Under the pieces are notes generated by a model. That model was not told where the DNA came from, ran no database searches, and saw only the letters and a program-made list of their open reading frames with translations. From the NCBI GenBank assembly GCA_963837015.1, contig CAWIMI010000008.1:3035-67034 (forward strand): a stretch of DNA of 64,000 nucleotides. The letters run 5' to 3'. How positions within the stretch are numbered: position 1 is the first letter of the stretch; every line of letters starts with the position of its first letter. Shown here in pieces: positions 1 to 9,964 of this stretch. The translations under genes were made by a program, and so were the position numbers. This DNA comes from an uncultured Acidobacteriota bacterium (lineage in GTDB: Bacteria > Acidobacteriota > Terriglobia > Terriglobales > Acidobacteriaceae).

Positions 1-591
1 CCGGGAATAATCTCGGGATTGTTTTCCGGGGCGGGAGCAGAGCCAGAGAGAATCTTGAAATGCTCGGGCTGATCCGGATGGCCGGTATGGGTAATGGTGA
101 TGGTCGTTCCGGCCATGGGCTTGAGTCCCTCAGCGAGCGAGATGTAGTCGAGCAGCCGGTGCGATCCGAAAGCGGGGTAGTTGCCGGGTTTGTGCACCTC
201 GCCGACTACGGAAACACCTTGCGTCGCGTAATCCGAAATGAACACGGTAACTTGCGGGTCCTTAAGAAATCCGCCGTCAACAAATTTCTGACGGATGAGA
301 GTCTGAGCCTCTTCCGCCTTCAGCCCCTGCACGTGAAGCGCGCCCACCAGAGGAAGGAAAATGTCGCCCGTGTTGCTAACCCGGAGCTTTCCGCTCAATT
401 CGGGCGTGTCGAAGACGCTCAAGTCGACCAGGTCGCCGGCGCCGATCGGGCCTGCCGCCCCACTCCGGAAGCCACTGCTGCTCGAAGAACCCGAGGACTC
501 GGCCGATGCTCTGTCCTGCGCGGAAGCGGTACTCAGCGCGAGCAGCAGGAAGAACAAAATGTGAAGGGTGCCGATAGTCTTGGAATGGGGC
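1..591 (-). CDS. Polysaccharide export protein (Wza/Poly_export + SLBB type), N-terminal part; continues beyond the window start
   Basis: Not in the ORF track because no stop lies inside the window. Manual minus-strand translation from ATG 591-589 gives MPHSKTIGTLHILFFLLLALSTASAQ (signal peptide). It continues ...IGAGDLVDLSVFDTPELSGKLRVSNTGDIFLPLVGALHVQGLKAEEAQTLIRQKFVDGGFLKDPQVTVFISDYATQGVSVVGEVHKPGNYP, the typical Poly_export motif. It lies directly downstream of the Wzc-type gene. Confidence 0.85.
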
Positions 592-612
592 ATTCGAGGC
601 CTCTGGGATGTT

Positions 613-2879
613 TCAGTGGATTTGGTTGCCATTACCATTGCCGTTCCCATTGTCGGAGTGGTGATAGTAGGACTGATAGTCGCTGCCGTAATGACCGTAG
701 TACTGTCGATAGTCCACGGAGTTGAATGAGAGGTCGTTCACGACGACGCCGGCGATATTGGCGCGTACTTTTCTCAACAGATCCCGGGCGCGCAGAAGAG
801 ATTGCTGGCCGGTCTGCTCGGAGCGGGCGATGAGCACCACTACATCCGCAATCCCCGCGCACACCACGGCATCAGTCACGGCCAGCACCGGCGGAGTGTC
901 AACCACGATGTAGCGGAATTGTTCGCGCCATTGTTTTATGAGCCGTGGCATCGCTTCGGATGCCAGCATCTCCGAAGGATAAGGCGGCATATGCCAGCGG
1001 TAACGATATTCAGGCCGGGCACTTCCTCGACCTTGAGCACAACCGCATCCGGATCTTCCGTGCCTGCCAGGCACGCACTCAATCCACGATTCATGGGTAT
1101 GCCCAGGTATTTGTTTACTGCGGGACGACGCATGTCGGAATCCACCAGAAGTACCGATTGCCCGGTCTGGGCCAGAACCACCGCAAGGTTCAAGGCGGTG
1201 AAGGTCTTGCCTTCCTGCATCATGGCGCTGGTCACCAGAATCACTTGGGGCGGAGTGCCCGGGGAGGACAACAGCAGCGAAGTCCGCAGGGCTCGGAAAG
1301 CCTCTGCTATTCCTGAATTGCGTTGCTCCATCGTGACTGGTGGGATGAATTGTCTCACTCCCGCAGCCAAGGCTTTGTGTTCGTTCTTGTTGGTTGTTCC
1401 GTTCGTGGCAACACTGGGAATGACGCCCAGCGATGGCAGGGAGCAGAAGTTCTCAATGTCCTCAGGGGTTCGAATCGAACTGTCGACATTTTCGACCACG
1501 AAAGCCAAAGCCATGCCAAACAAAAGGCCGCCCAGACAGCCCAAGGCGATGTTGAGCGGAATTCTGGGTTCGACAGGCTCGATCGGAACACTGGCCGTGT
1601 CGACAATATTGATATTGCTGGATTGGAGGCCAGCCATAATTCCCGCTTCCTTGAGCTTTTTGAGCAGGCCCTCGTAAAGGTCGCGGCTGGATTCAACATC
1701 CCGGCGCATGATGGCGTACTGGATGGCGTCTTCGTTCAGTTTGTAAGCTTCCTGTTTTTGCTTGTCGAACGATGCCTTGAGCATCTCTTCGGACTTCAGC
1801 GCGGTTTTGTATTCTGCATGCACCGCTTCGCCTACCTTGGTTACTTCATCGCCGATTGCGGAATCAAGCTCGATCAGTTGCGATTGCAATTGGATTACTC
1901 GCGGATAGGCAGAGCCATATTTCGCCACCATTTGTGCATATTCTGCTCTCACTTCAGAACGTTGTTTGTAGAGGGCTCCGAGAACGCCTTCTGGGGCGAT
2001 GTTCGCAATCAGCTCGGGGTTCTCGGTCATGGCGATGCGGAACCTTGCTTCTTTGAGGATGCGATCGCCCTCGGCCTGGGAGAGCTCCTTATTGAGATCT
2101 CCCAGTTTGTCGATAATGATGTTGTGAGTTTCGTCGGTTCCGAGAATGCCGGTCTTCTTCTGATACGCGATCAGCTTCTCTTGCGAAGATTCCGCATTCT
2201 TTTTAAGGTCATCCAGTTGTTTGGTCAGCCAGTCGGCAGTCTGAAGAGTGGACCGATATTTTGTTTGGAAGTTGTGCTCGATATAGGTAGTGGCGACAGA
2301 ATTCGTAATATCTGCCGCCAGGTTCGGGTCTTTGCTGCGGAAGTGGATCTCAATAATTTCAGTCTTGGGGACGAGTTGGACGGTTAACGACCGATGGAGC
2401 GCGCTGACCAGCTTCACTCGCTGTTGCGGAGTCAGGCTGTCGAATTCTTTGGGCGATTGCTCAGCCAGGAGCCCACCAAATGCTTTGTTGCGATGCAGTC
2501 CCAGTTGCTTGATGACGCTGGTGGCAATTGTGTCGCTCTGCACGATTGTTATTTGGGTCTCGAGCTTGGTATTGATATCGAGGCCCATGGGTACCACGGC
2601 CTGCTCCAGGCCCAGGCCATCCGGCCCTTCCAGGTCCAGCAGGATTCGGGCGGTGGCGTCATATCGCTTGGGCAGAAACACGGAAACGATGGCCACAAGC
2701 AGCACGATCGTGATCAGGCTGCCGATGACGAGCCAGCGACGCTTCTGGAGCACACGCCAGAATTGGATGATGGAGATCTGATCCTCGTGAGACTCGATGG
2801 TCACAGGGTGCTGTTCAGAGAAAGTGAACGGCTCCAGCTCGGTCTTTTTGTTTGTGGCCAGAGATTGGTTGTCTGTCAT
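613..2879 (-). pseudogene. Polysaccharide co-polymerase / tyrosine autokinase (Wzc/GumC, BY-kinase) interrupted by a 1-nt frameshift near 991-993
   Basis: ORF 936..2951 carries a Wzz-like TM domain, a long coiled coil, Walker A (SAMMQEGKTFTALNLA) and Walker A' (VLLVDSDMRRP). ORF 613..1074, in another frame, continues with MPPYPSEMLASEAM, Walker B (YIVVDTPPVLAVTDA) and a Tyr-rich tail (DYRQYYGHYGSDYQSYYHH). The frames join at ...NIVTAG|(H)MPPYPSE, consistent with a 1-nt frameshift (apparent missing base) between GGC and ATATG (about 991-993). The probable start is ATG 2879-2877, which overlaps the TetR stop as ATGA. Confidence 0.85.
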
Positions 2880-3640
2880 TCGGTCCCTAGAGCTTGTATA
2901 GGAGAGTGAGTACTGCCGGTGCTTTGTCTTGCAGCTCGCGTGCGTGTCCACGGTTCTTGTGGATTGACTTGAGCTCCGCCAGGACAGTCGTCTGCGTGGG
3001 TCAGGGGCAGTGAAGATTCGGACATTAAGGCCTTGAACCAGAATTCCGCATACGCAGTGGTCGCGTCATCCATGCTTGCGTAATCAGCCGCTTCGTTGGT
3101 CACTACGCGGGAAAGCCCATGGTGGGCCACGATTGAAGTCATAAGAGCAAGGGCTGCAATCGAGGGATCAAGGTCGCGCGCCAGCCCTTTCGAGGCACAC
3201 CGGGAGAGATATTCACGAACCGGTTGGAAAAAGGGAACCAGGTACTTGCGCAGTATTCGTTCTGCGCCGTGTTCCAGCTCAAAAAGACTGAGATACAGCA
3301 AGCGGACCATCTCGGGCTGGTTGTGAAAGGTCTCGACCAGCAGGGCAACCACGCCGGGCAGAGCAGTCCGAGGGTTCTCATCGGCATCGAGCCGTCCGCG
3401 CAGTTCCTTGCTGATCCGTAGCCGCCGCAGACGGGACTCGGTTGCCGCCCAGAAGAGATCTTTCTTTCGTGCAAAATGACGGAAAACGGTGACTTCGCTG
3501 ACCCCTGCCAGCCGCGCAATCTCGTGGGTGCTGCTGCCCGCGAAACCTTGGCGCGAGAACAGTTGTACAGCGGCTTCGACAATGCGGTCTTTTGTGGAAT
3601 TTTTACTGCGATCTTTTTCTGCTGGCATTTTACCTAGCAC
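2876..3640 (-). CDS. TetR/AcrR family transcriptional regulator
   Basis: The N-terminal HTH is RIVEAAVQLFSRQGFAGSSTHEIARLAGVSEVTVFRHFARKKDLF. The stop TGA 2878-2876 overlaps the ATG of the downstream Wzc-type gene. The start could be GTG 3640 or ATG 3628. Confidence 0.85.
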   Translation of the reverse strand: MLGKMPAEKDRSKNSTKDRIVEAAVQLFSRQGFAGSSTHEIARLAGVSEVTVFRHFARKKDLFWAATESRLRRLRISKELRGRLDADENPRTALPGVVALLVETFHNQPEMVRLLYLSLFELEHGAERILRKYLVPFFQPVREYLSRCASKGLARDLDPSIAALALMTSIVAHHGLSRVVTNEAADYASMDDATTAYAEFWFKALMSESSLPLTHADDCPGGAQVNPQEPWTRTRAARQSTGSTHSPIQALGTE

Positions 3641-4239
3641 TGACTTTGGGGGAACGTAGGCGCGGATTGGATCGATCGGGAGGCTATGGGTTCTACATCA
3701 GCGGCGTCCAATTCGACTGCTACACTTTGTTTGATAAGTTCCACGGTAAGAACTACTCGAAAGCCCTTCGTATTGCGAACCAGTACGCCTGCCAAGCCCA
3801 TCAGCGAGCCCGCCCTGATGCGTACCTTCTGGCCGACGACCAGATTGTTATACGGCTCAAACTTCTGTAAGTGCAGACCGGAACGCAATGTCTCGATCTC
3901 AACATCAGGAAGCTGAGCTGGTTCGCTTCTGGGGCCGATGAAGGATAGAACCCCGGGCACGTCCAGAACTCGCACCCGTTCGCTTTGGGCGATGTTGACG
4001 AACAAGTAGCCGGGAAATAGCGGAAGTTCAACTTGGACCTTGCAGCCGTTTTTCCAGCGATGAATGGTCCGGAACAAGGGAAGAAAGCATTCCACGCGGC
4101 GATGCCCAAGATGCTCGCGAACTCGCTTCTCGTGTCTCGGACTTGTGTGCACAGCGTACCAATGGGGAGGGCGCTCTGCGGTTTGCATTGACGGGGGCAA
4201 CAACGAGCTGGTGGTCATTGCTGCAGTGCTGGTGTTCAT
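3634..4239 (-). CDS. NusG-family transcription antiterminator paralog (RfaH/UpxY-like) heading the polysaccharide operon
   Basis: NGN domain: HWYAVHTSPRHEKRVREHLGHRRVECFLPLFRTIHRWKNGCKVQVELPLFPGYLFVNI. KOW motif: GQKVRIRAGSLMGLAGVLV. I chose the internal ATG (MNTSTAAM) as the start; the 85 upstream codons of the 286-aa ORF look non-coding. Confidence 0.8.
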   Translation of the reverse strand: MNTSTAAMTTSSLLPPSMQTAERPPHWYAVHTSPRHEKRVREHLGHRRVECFLPLFRTIHRWKNGCKVQVELPLFPGYLFVNIAQSERVRVLDVPGVLSFIGPRSEPAQLPDVEIETLRSGLHLQKFEPYNNLVVGQKVRIRAGSLMGLAGVLVRNTKGFRVVLTVELIKQSVAVELDAADVEPIASRSIQSAPTFPQSQC

Positions 4240-5063
4240 CACTTGAGACAAGGCTTCGCCCCCGTCGCTTAGATAGCGTTTATTTCCTCTGAAGAAGTTT
4301 GTTGGTACTCGCGGTCGACGCTGAAGACCGCTCACTTCGACCGCGAGTTGCCTGCTGCGGTGTAAGTAGGCGACTACATTCTTCGCCGCCCAGTTCGATG
4401 CATGGCGGGTGCCAATTCGGTCCATTCCGTAAATCACCTGTTCTCGGGGACTTAGCTGTTCCGATCTGGGAATCGCTAAGGGTCCTCGTCTCAAAACGAG
4501 AGCCGCTCAAGAAATAAAACTCGGCAATGTCTCAACCCGAGGATCCTGACGGCGAAGCTCCCGGTCCAACCTCATGCGAAGTCCAGGCAGCCTTTCGGCG
4601 AACATGACGGTAAGTGCCACAAGCGGAGCTGAGGTCGGCATAAAGCCCCGGTGTGGCGAACGGATTTGCACAACCAGATCATCCACTGCCTTAGCGTCTC
4701 AAAGCGAGAGAAATTTCCAGCGATTTAATCCTTCCGTCTCATTCATGATCAGCGAACGACGTTGAGTTGACTGCGTGAAAACTGGGTTCGGCAGCAGAAT
4801 AAACTTTATTCGGGCAAGACGAGAGAAGCGAGATGTCGCGCAAATGTCGAACTCTGCATGTTTTAGGTGGCGATGCCTGCACATGACTGCGATCTAAAGT
4901 GCTAGTTCCTCGGCTACTAGTATCGGGTGCCTGGTTCAAGTTAATCTCGGCGATTAAAGTGCTCTAATGCGGCGGGGCTCCGCGTGTGATCTCAGCCTAC
5001 CCAGTTTTTGCAGCTGGTGAAGAGCGGCCGTTCGCGAGACTGAAGCTTGAGCACCGGGAGGAA

Positions 5064-5705
5064 ATGGTGCGTAACCGTTATCAGGGGTCTTATCTCTGTA
5101 TCGCTTTCGTGTTGGCGTCAGCGCTTTCCCTGCTGGCCCAGTCTGATCGCTTGGACATTCAGCAGTGGGATGACCTTCAGCGGAAGGTGAGCGATGACGG
5201 CGAGCCGCAGCTTGCCGCGATGCTCGCTGAGGCTCCGCCGGTCGCCGCTGTAAGCAGTGAATCTGACCTGCCCGATGCACCCAGCGCCACAAAGCCTGAT
5301 GCCTCCACAGCAGATCCATCGGTTTCTCCGGCAATTAAGAGAGAGTCTCACGGAGCGCCAGTAGCCGCCCAGGGTGGTCCACTCTGGGTCGATCGTAGTG
5401 TTGCGGACCGGGCCTACCTGGCACTCACCGGCGGGATGTTCGGCGCAAGCATTGCCAATGCGGAATTGACCATAAACTGCTTGAATAGACACGCTTCCTG
5501 CAACGATGTCCCACCCTCTTTACAGAGCCGGGCGGCTATCTATGGCATTGGAATTCCCGCTGACTTGGGGGTTGCGTATCTGACCTACTGCCTGAAGAGG
5601 AAACATAATCACATTTGGTACGTCCCCGCTGCGGCTGTAACCGGTGCGAACCTATTTTTTGCCTACCGCGCTTATCACTGGGGGCAGGAGCGTTCCATAC
5701 CGTGA
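5064..5705 (+). CDS. Hypothetical secreted/membrane protein
   Basis: GGGAGG lies just upstream of ATG 5064. The signal-like N-terminus is MVRNRYQGSYLCIAFVLASALSLLAQ, and the C-terminal hydrophobic segments are conserved in the neighbouring degraded copy. No family was recognised. Confidence 0.6.
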   Translation: MVRNRYQGSYLCIAFVLASALSLLAQSDRLDIQQWDDLQRKVSDDGEPQLAAMLAEAPPVAAVSSESDLPDAPSATKPDASTADPSVSPAIKRESHGAPVAAQGGPLWVDRSVADRAYLALTGGMFGASIANAELTINCLNRHASCNDVPPSLQSRAAIYGIGIPADLGVAYLTYCLKRKHNHIWYVPAAAVTGANLFFAYRAYHWGQERSIP

Positions 5706-5822
5706 TTTCGTAGCTCTCTGTCTGCGAAGCAACCGCGGGATCTATCGCGAACGGGAGATGCTCTTGATCTGGTAGCGATCGCAGATCCGTTCGTGGTGTC
5801 CCAATCAGAGTCAAAACTCGCT

Positions 5823-6165
5823 CAGACGCGCGCCCCCGGCCGCCTTGGGTGGCCCATCAGCGGTTGACCGTGATGTCGCAGACCGAAATATCTGATGCTC
5901 ACCGGTCGGATGTTCGGCGCTAGCATTGCCAACGCAGAATTGACCATACGCTGCCTGCAGGTTCACGCCTCCTGCAATGATGTTCCTTACTCCCTGCAGA
6001 GCCGGGCCGCTCTCTATGGAATCGGGATTCCTGCAGACTTTGGGGTTGCGTATCTGACCTACTATATGAAGAAGAAACAGCCGTGTTTGGTACGTGCCCG
6101 CTGCGCTCGTAACCCGCGCCAATATGTTTCTTGCCGTGCGGGCTTATCGTTGGATGAACGACTAG
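5823..6165 (+). pseudogene. Degraded tandem partial duplicate of the C-terminal half of the 5064..5705 gene
   Basis: ORF 5895..6206 (MLTGRMFGASIANAELTIRCLQVHASCNDVPYSLQSRAALYGIGIPADFGVAYLTYYMKKK) parallels LTGGMFGASIANAELTINCLNRHASCNDVPPSLQSRAAIYGIGIPADLGVAYLTYCLKRK. After KKK a 2-nt gap shifts the frame; the shifted frame reads VWYVPAALVTRANMFLAVRAYRW, against IWYVPAAAVTGANLFFAYRAYHW in the intact copy. Upstream similarity (PPAALGGPSAVDRDVADRNI) runs into a TGA, and there is no N-terminal half. Confidence 0.6.
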
Positions 6166-6327
6166 CGGCCGGGGCAGACAAACCGTCCGCAGCCGATTCA
6201 GCCTGATTGGATTAGGTCGGATTACGTCTCACTCGCGTCGAATGCCTGCCGGCGCCAGTCTTCGTTCGGAACAACTCGCCACTATCTCGCTGATACAATT
6301 CCTCCAGCAATCTCCTGTGGTCCTCTT

Positions 6328-7578
6328 ATGCTCGCACCCGCGCAACGAACCATCTTTCATGTAGACATGGACGCGTTCTTCGTGTCGGTGGAAGAGTTGT
6401 TTGATCCCTCGCTCAAGGGCAAAGCGGTAGTCGTTGGCGGCCAGCGCGACGAGCGCGGCGTGGTGTCGGCGGCGTCGTACGAGGCGCGCAAATTCGGCGT
6501 GCGCTCGGCTATGCCGCTGCGAACCGCGGCCAAGATGTGTCCGCATGCGATCTTTGTGAATGGCCATCCGGAGCGGTATCGCGAGTGCTCCGAGAAAGTC
6601 TATCGGGTGCTCAATTCGTTTTCGCCGCTGGTCGAAATGGCGTCGATTGACGAAGCCTACCTCGACATGACCGGCACCGCACGCTTGCATGGGCCGCCGT
6701 TGTGCGCGGCGCATACGCTTCATCAGAGGATTAAGTCCGATACGCAGTTGAACTGTTCGATTGGGATTGGCATTTCGCGTTTGATTGCCAAAGTTTCCTC
6801 GGCCAAGGCCAAGCCTCACGGAATCCTCTGGGTCATTCCCGGCCAGGAGGCGAAGTTTCTCGCCCCGCTCGACGTGCGCGATATCCCAGGTGTGGGAAAA
6901 GTTACGGAGCAGAACCTGCAGTCCCTGGGCATTCGGCGCGTGGGTGATCTCGCTCGCTTTGACGATGGGTTTCTGCAGGAACATTTCGGCAAGTGGGGTC
7001 TGGCGCTGGCGGGCAAGGCGCGAGGAGAGGATGCCGGGGGATGGTTCGATACCGAAGTCGGCGCCGACACGGATCCCAAGTCCATCAGCCATGAGCACAC
7101 TTACAACGAAGACACCGCTGACCCGGAGCAGATCGAGTCCACTTTAATGCGGCTTTCCGAGATGGTTGGGCGGCGACTGCGTGAAGGCCGGCTTCACGCG
7201 CGCACCATCCAGCTCAAGCTGCGCTACAAAGACTTCACCACGATCACGCGAGCTCACAGCCTGCTCGCTCCTACCCAGCTCGATACCGAGATTTTCGAGC
7301 AGGCGCGAGCCTTGTTTCGCAAGAACTGGCGCAAGGGAACTCAAGTGCGATTGCTCGGCGTACACGCCTCGTCATTCCAGGCCGAGTCGCAACAGGAAGA
7401 CTTGATCGAGGGCGCGCGGCGACAACGCTGGCAACAAGCGCTCTCAGCCGCGGACCGGTTGCGCGACAAATTCGGGGAGTCGAGTGTGTCGCTCGCCAGT
7501 GGATTGAAGGGCGGCTTCCGCGAACGTACCCACGAGAATCCCGCAGGATTGCCGGGCAAGAGCAAGGCGCAAGATTAG
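6328..7578 (+). CDS. dinB: DNA polymerase IV (Y-family)
   Basis: IFHVDMDAFFVSVEELFDPSLKGKAVVVGG...GVVSAASYEARKFGVRSAMP...ASIDEAYLDMTG, the canonical DinB/UmuC N-terminal motifs. Confidence 0.95.
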   Translation: MLAPAQRTIFHVDMDAFFVSVEELFDPSLKGKAVVVGGQRDERGVVSAASYEARKFGVRSAMPLRTAAKMCPHAIFVNGHPERYRECSEKVYRVLNSFSPLVEMASIDEAYLDMTGTARLHGPPLCAAHTLHQRIKSDTQLNCSIGIGISRLIAKVSSAKAKPHGILWVIPGQEAKFLAPLDVRDIPGVGKVTEQNLQSLGIRRVGDLARFDDGFLQEHFGKWGLALAGKARGEDAGGWFDTEVGADTDPKSISHEHTYNEDTADPEQIESTLMRLSEMVGRRLREGRLHARTIQLKLRYKDFTTITRAHSLLAPTQLDTEIFEQARALFRKNWRKGTQVRLLGVHASSFQAESQQEDLIEGARRQRWQQALSAADRLRDKFGESSVSLASGLKGGFRERTHENPAGLPGKSKAQD

Positions 7579-7716
7579 CAGCTCCACGCAAAGGCCGCTT
7601 GGCAGTTAGCCTTAGTCCCGAGAATACGATCACGACCGTTGGTAATCTATCGAAAGTAAGCGCCGTCGCACATAATCGAGGAGTAGCAATGGAACTCGCA
7701 CCAAACGGAGTCAGCA

Positions 7717-7923
7717 TTGAACGCCGTTGCGGAATTCTCAGAAGCCCTCACCCTCGATCCTGCGGAACGATCGGTCGATTTCGAGTCGAGCCGAGCCGTC
7801 GACGGAGTCTTGTCCACTCAGCGCCTGCTCGATGAGTTGCTTGGCAGCTTCGATGACGACAGTTCACCCATGTTCCTGACCCACGACTGTACGCCCGAGT
7901 TCTGCGTCGATTCTGACGAATAA
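7717..7923 (+). CDS. Possible small acidic hypothetical protein
   Basis: This 68-codon ORF has a TTG start and a GGAG 8 nt upstream. No recognisable family, so support is weak. Confidence 0.25.
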   Translation: MNAVAEFSEALTLDPAERSVDFESSRAVDGVLSTQRLLDELLGSFDDDSSPMFLTHDCTPEFCVDSDE

Positions 7924-8141
7924 CCATTCCCGCCACTGAGAAGCTATCCTGCAAGCCGTTTCTGCCCGTATCAGCGGGAATGCAGAGTCCGCGCACTGCT
8001 CTGACGCCTTAAGAACAGCTCAAGATCGCTTCATAGAAAAGACGAAGGCCGGAACCGCGGAATTGCTTCCGGTCCCGGCCCGCGCTTCCATCAACTCCTT
8101 CTAGAAAACTGACGGCGAGAGACGCCCCTTCCCCTTCGTCC

Positions 8142-9929
8142 TTAGTTGCTCGGTGCTGTGTTCGAAGCCGACGTCGCATTCCCTACGTTGGCGTCGCTGT
8201 TCAGGCGGCTCAATCGTGGGAAGAACGGCGTGACCTCAAACGGCATCTTGTCGCGTGCTGACGTGATCGCGACCGGTGCAGACTTGGTGAGTTCCACGCG
8301 ATCGTTCCAGGCATTCAGTTTCACGCGTCCGCCCATGGGAAGCGCGGCAATCTGATCCAGTTTGCTTGGATCGAGAGCCGGTCCCATGGCTTCAAGCGCC
8401 GACAGCCGCACCAGTTGACCCTTTTCGTTGGTAAAGCTGTTGCCCAGGTGAGCCGTCAACAACGCGGAGAGTGACGGAGCCCGGTCGGAAAGCTCTTTGA
8501 GGAACAGCGAAGGCACGTCCAGCTTCTGCGTATAGGGCGAGTTCTTCAGCAGCTCCATAGCTTTGGTGTCAGCCGCGGTTTCTTCATCCGGATTGTGCCG
8601 GAAGCCGAAGTTGCTGTAAGTCGATTCATCCGAGAACAGCATGCGGTCGTTGAAGGCGAACTTGCTGCCCAGGTTGTGCCCCAGAACAATGTGCGCCAGT
8701 TCGTGCGAGAGCACCATCGCCAGTGAAGCCTCGTCAGGAAGCACGTCAATCAAACCGCGGCTCACGACGATGGTATTGCCCACGCTAAACGTCTCCAGCG
8801 GAGAAGTAATCATGACCCGAGTCCTTACTGGACGCGGCAAGTCGATATTGTTGGTGACGATCAGGTTGTTGACCACGGTCTGCAGAACCTTGTCGACTTC
8901 ACCGTCGGGAGCCACCAACCCTGACTCCTGCAGGCGCTCGACCACGTTGTCCTCAGCCTGTTGCTGCCACTGCCGCTGGGCTTCGAGCGGCGAAGCATCG
9001 GTCGTCGAGGGCGTTTCGTCCTTTACCGAATCAACTCGCAGTGAAGTGAGTTCGTCTTCCTTCCCGCCTTTCTTCAAGTCATAGCCCCAAATGCGGCTCT
9101 GCGCCTTGAAGGCCATTTTGTCCTTGGCGCCGTAGCTGAAGTCGCCTTCTTCGCTGTAGATGAAAGCCGGAACCCAGTAACCGGGAATCAGGTTCAAGCG
9201 CCAGCTGTCCATGTGGAAGTACATGGCGTTTTTCGGCCGGGGCGCGTACGTACCATTCAGCCGGACAATGTTGTAATCCTGGTCTTCCACCCAGATGCGA
9301 CCGAGGAAGCGCCCTTTGCCGGCATCTTTCTTGGGCGTGACGTCAAACACCAGGCAACGCACGTCGCCTAGGAATTCGCGGCGCACGTATTTGAAACTGT
9401 AATGGCCGCGGTCGAAGTCCTCGCGGTCGGCGAAAATCATCCACGAGAAGCCCATGGGCCTGTACTCGAACTTGAACAGCTTGCTCACGCCACCCAGCAA
9501 ATTCTTCTCGAAGCTTTCGTCCCTGGAGAGATAATCGCGCCGGTCGATGCTCTCCCCCAAGTCGAGCCGCCCCAGGAAGTAATGGTCCTCACTCGGCACC
9601 GGCCCGAGCTTGGGATCGGATTTCAGATTCTGCAGATAAGTCTCGACCAGCGGCGTGCGCGTCTTGAGCATGTCCATCAGCGCATGTTCGCGCACGATGG
9701 TGCGATCCACTACTTGATCCATGGTCGTGGGCGCAGCAGCAGCAGCCGCTACCTGGTTGGCGGCCTGCGTGGCAGCCGGTTGAGCCGTTGGCGCTGGCGT
9801 GGTTGCGGGTTGCGAAACGCCTGCATTCGCTGGCGCGGCATTCGACGAAGATTGATCCGCGGTCTGCTGTGCCATCGCATTCAGCGTGATCAGCAGGGAA
9901 GCGGTGAGCATCCATTTCCAAGTACGCAT
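8142..9929 (-). CDS. Secreted zinc metallopeptidase, M48-like (HEXXH)
   Basis: Signal peptide MRTWKWMLTASLLITLNAMAQQ, an Ala/Pro/Thr/Gln-rich linker, and the HEXXH motif in LAMVLSHELAHIVLGHNLG. Confidence 0.8.
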   Translation of the reverse strand: MRTWKWMLTASLLITLNAMAQQTADQSSSNAAPANAGVSQPATTPAPTAQPAATQAANQVAAAAAAPTTMDQVVDRTIVREHALMDMLKTRTPLVETYLQNLKSDPKLGPVPSEDHYFLGRLDLGESIDRRDYLSRDESFEKNLLGGVSKLFKFEYRPMGFSWMIFADREDFDRGHYSFKYVRREFLGDVRCLVFDVTPKKDAGKGRFLGRIWVEDQDYNIVRLNGTYAPRPKNAMYFHMDSWRLNLIPGYWVPAFIYSEEGDFSYGAKDKMAFKAQSRIWGYDLKKGGKEDELTSLRVDSVKDETPSTTDASPLEAQRQWQQQAEDNVVERLQESGLVAPDGEVDKVLQTVVNNLIVTNNIDLPRPVRTRVMITSPLETFSVGNTIVVSRGLIDVLPDEASLAMVLSHELAHIVLGHNLGSKFAFNDRMLFSDESTYSNFGFRHNPDEETAADTKAMELLKNSPYTQKLDVPSLFLKELSDRAPSLSALLTAHLGNSFTNEKGQLVRLSALEAMGPALDPSKLDQIAALPMGGRVKLNAWNDRVELTKSAPVAITSARDKMPFEVTPFFPRLSRLNSDANVGNATSASNTAPSN

Positions 9930-9964
9930 AACTCTGTTCCTCTCTGTCTCAGTCTCTGCAAAAC

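Noticed and set aside
613-660. Imperfect hexanucleotide repeat encoding (Asn-Gly)4 at the end of the Wzc gene.
   Set aside because: It is a short low-complexity tail following the Tyr cluster. It is not a microsatellite array or a regulatory repeat.
60-725. A 221-aa plus-strand ORF at the window start.
   Set aside because: It is antisense to the clearly homologous Wza-type gene (minus strand) and has an Arg/Ser/Gly-rich nonsense composition typical of shadow ORFs in GC-rich DNA.
1323-2387. Long antisense ORFs opposite well-supported genes. Examples: 802..1677+, 1323..2387+, 6229..7098-, 14392..15246-, 34850..35749+, 44952..45797+, 50250..50816+, 54548..55261+, 57466..58617+.
   Set aside because: Each lies entirely within a gene that has strong family motifs on the other strand. 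The products are low-complexity and Arg/Gly/Leu-rich, with no recognisable motifs.
6826-6860. A GTCATTCCCGGCCAGGAGGCGAAG string resembling the REP-like element, inside dinB.
   Set aside because: It lies in frame within conserved DinB coding sequence (LWVIPGQEAKF) and lacks the second arm (CGAGGAATC), so it is a chance resemblance.
8040-8085. Hairpin CCGGAA...TTCCGG between the convergent genes at 7923 and 8142, as a bidirectional terminator.
   Set aside because: The stem is short and interrupted with no flanking T/A runs, so the evidence is too weak to list as a feature.
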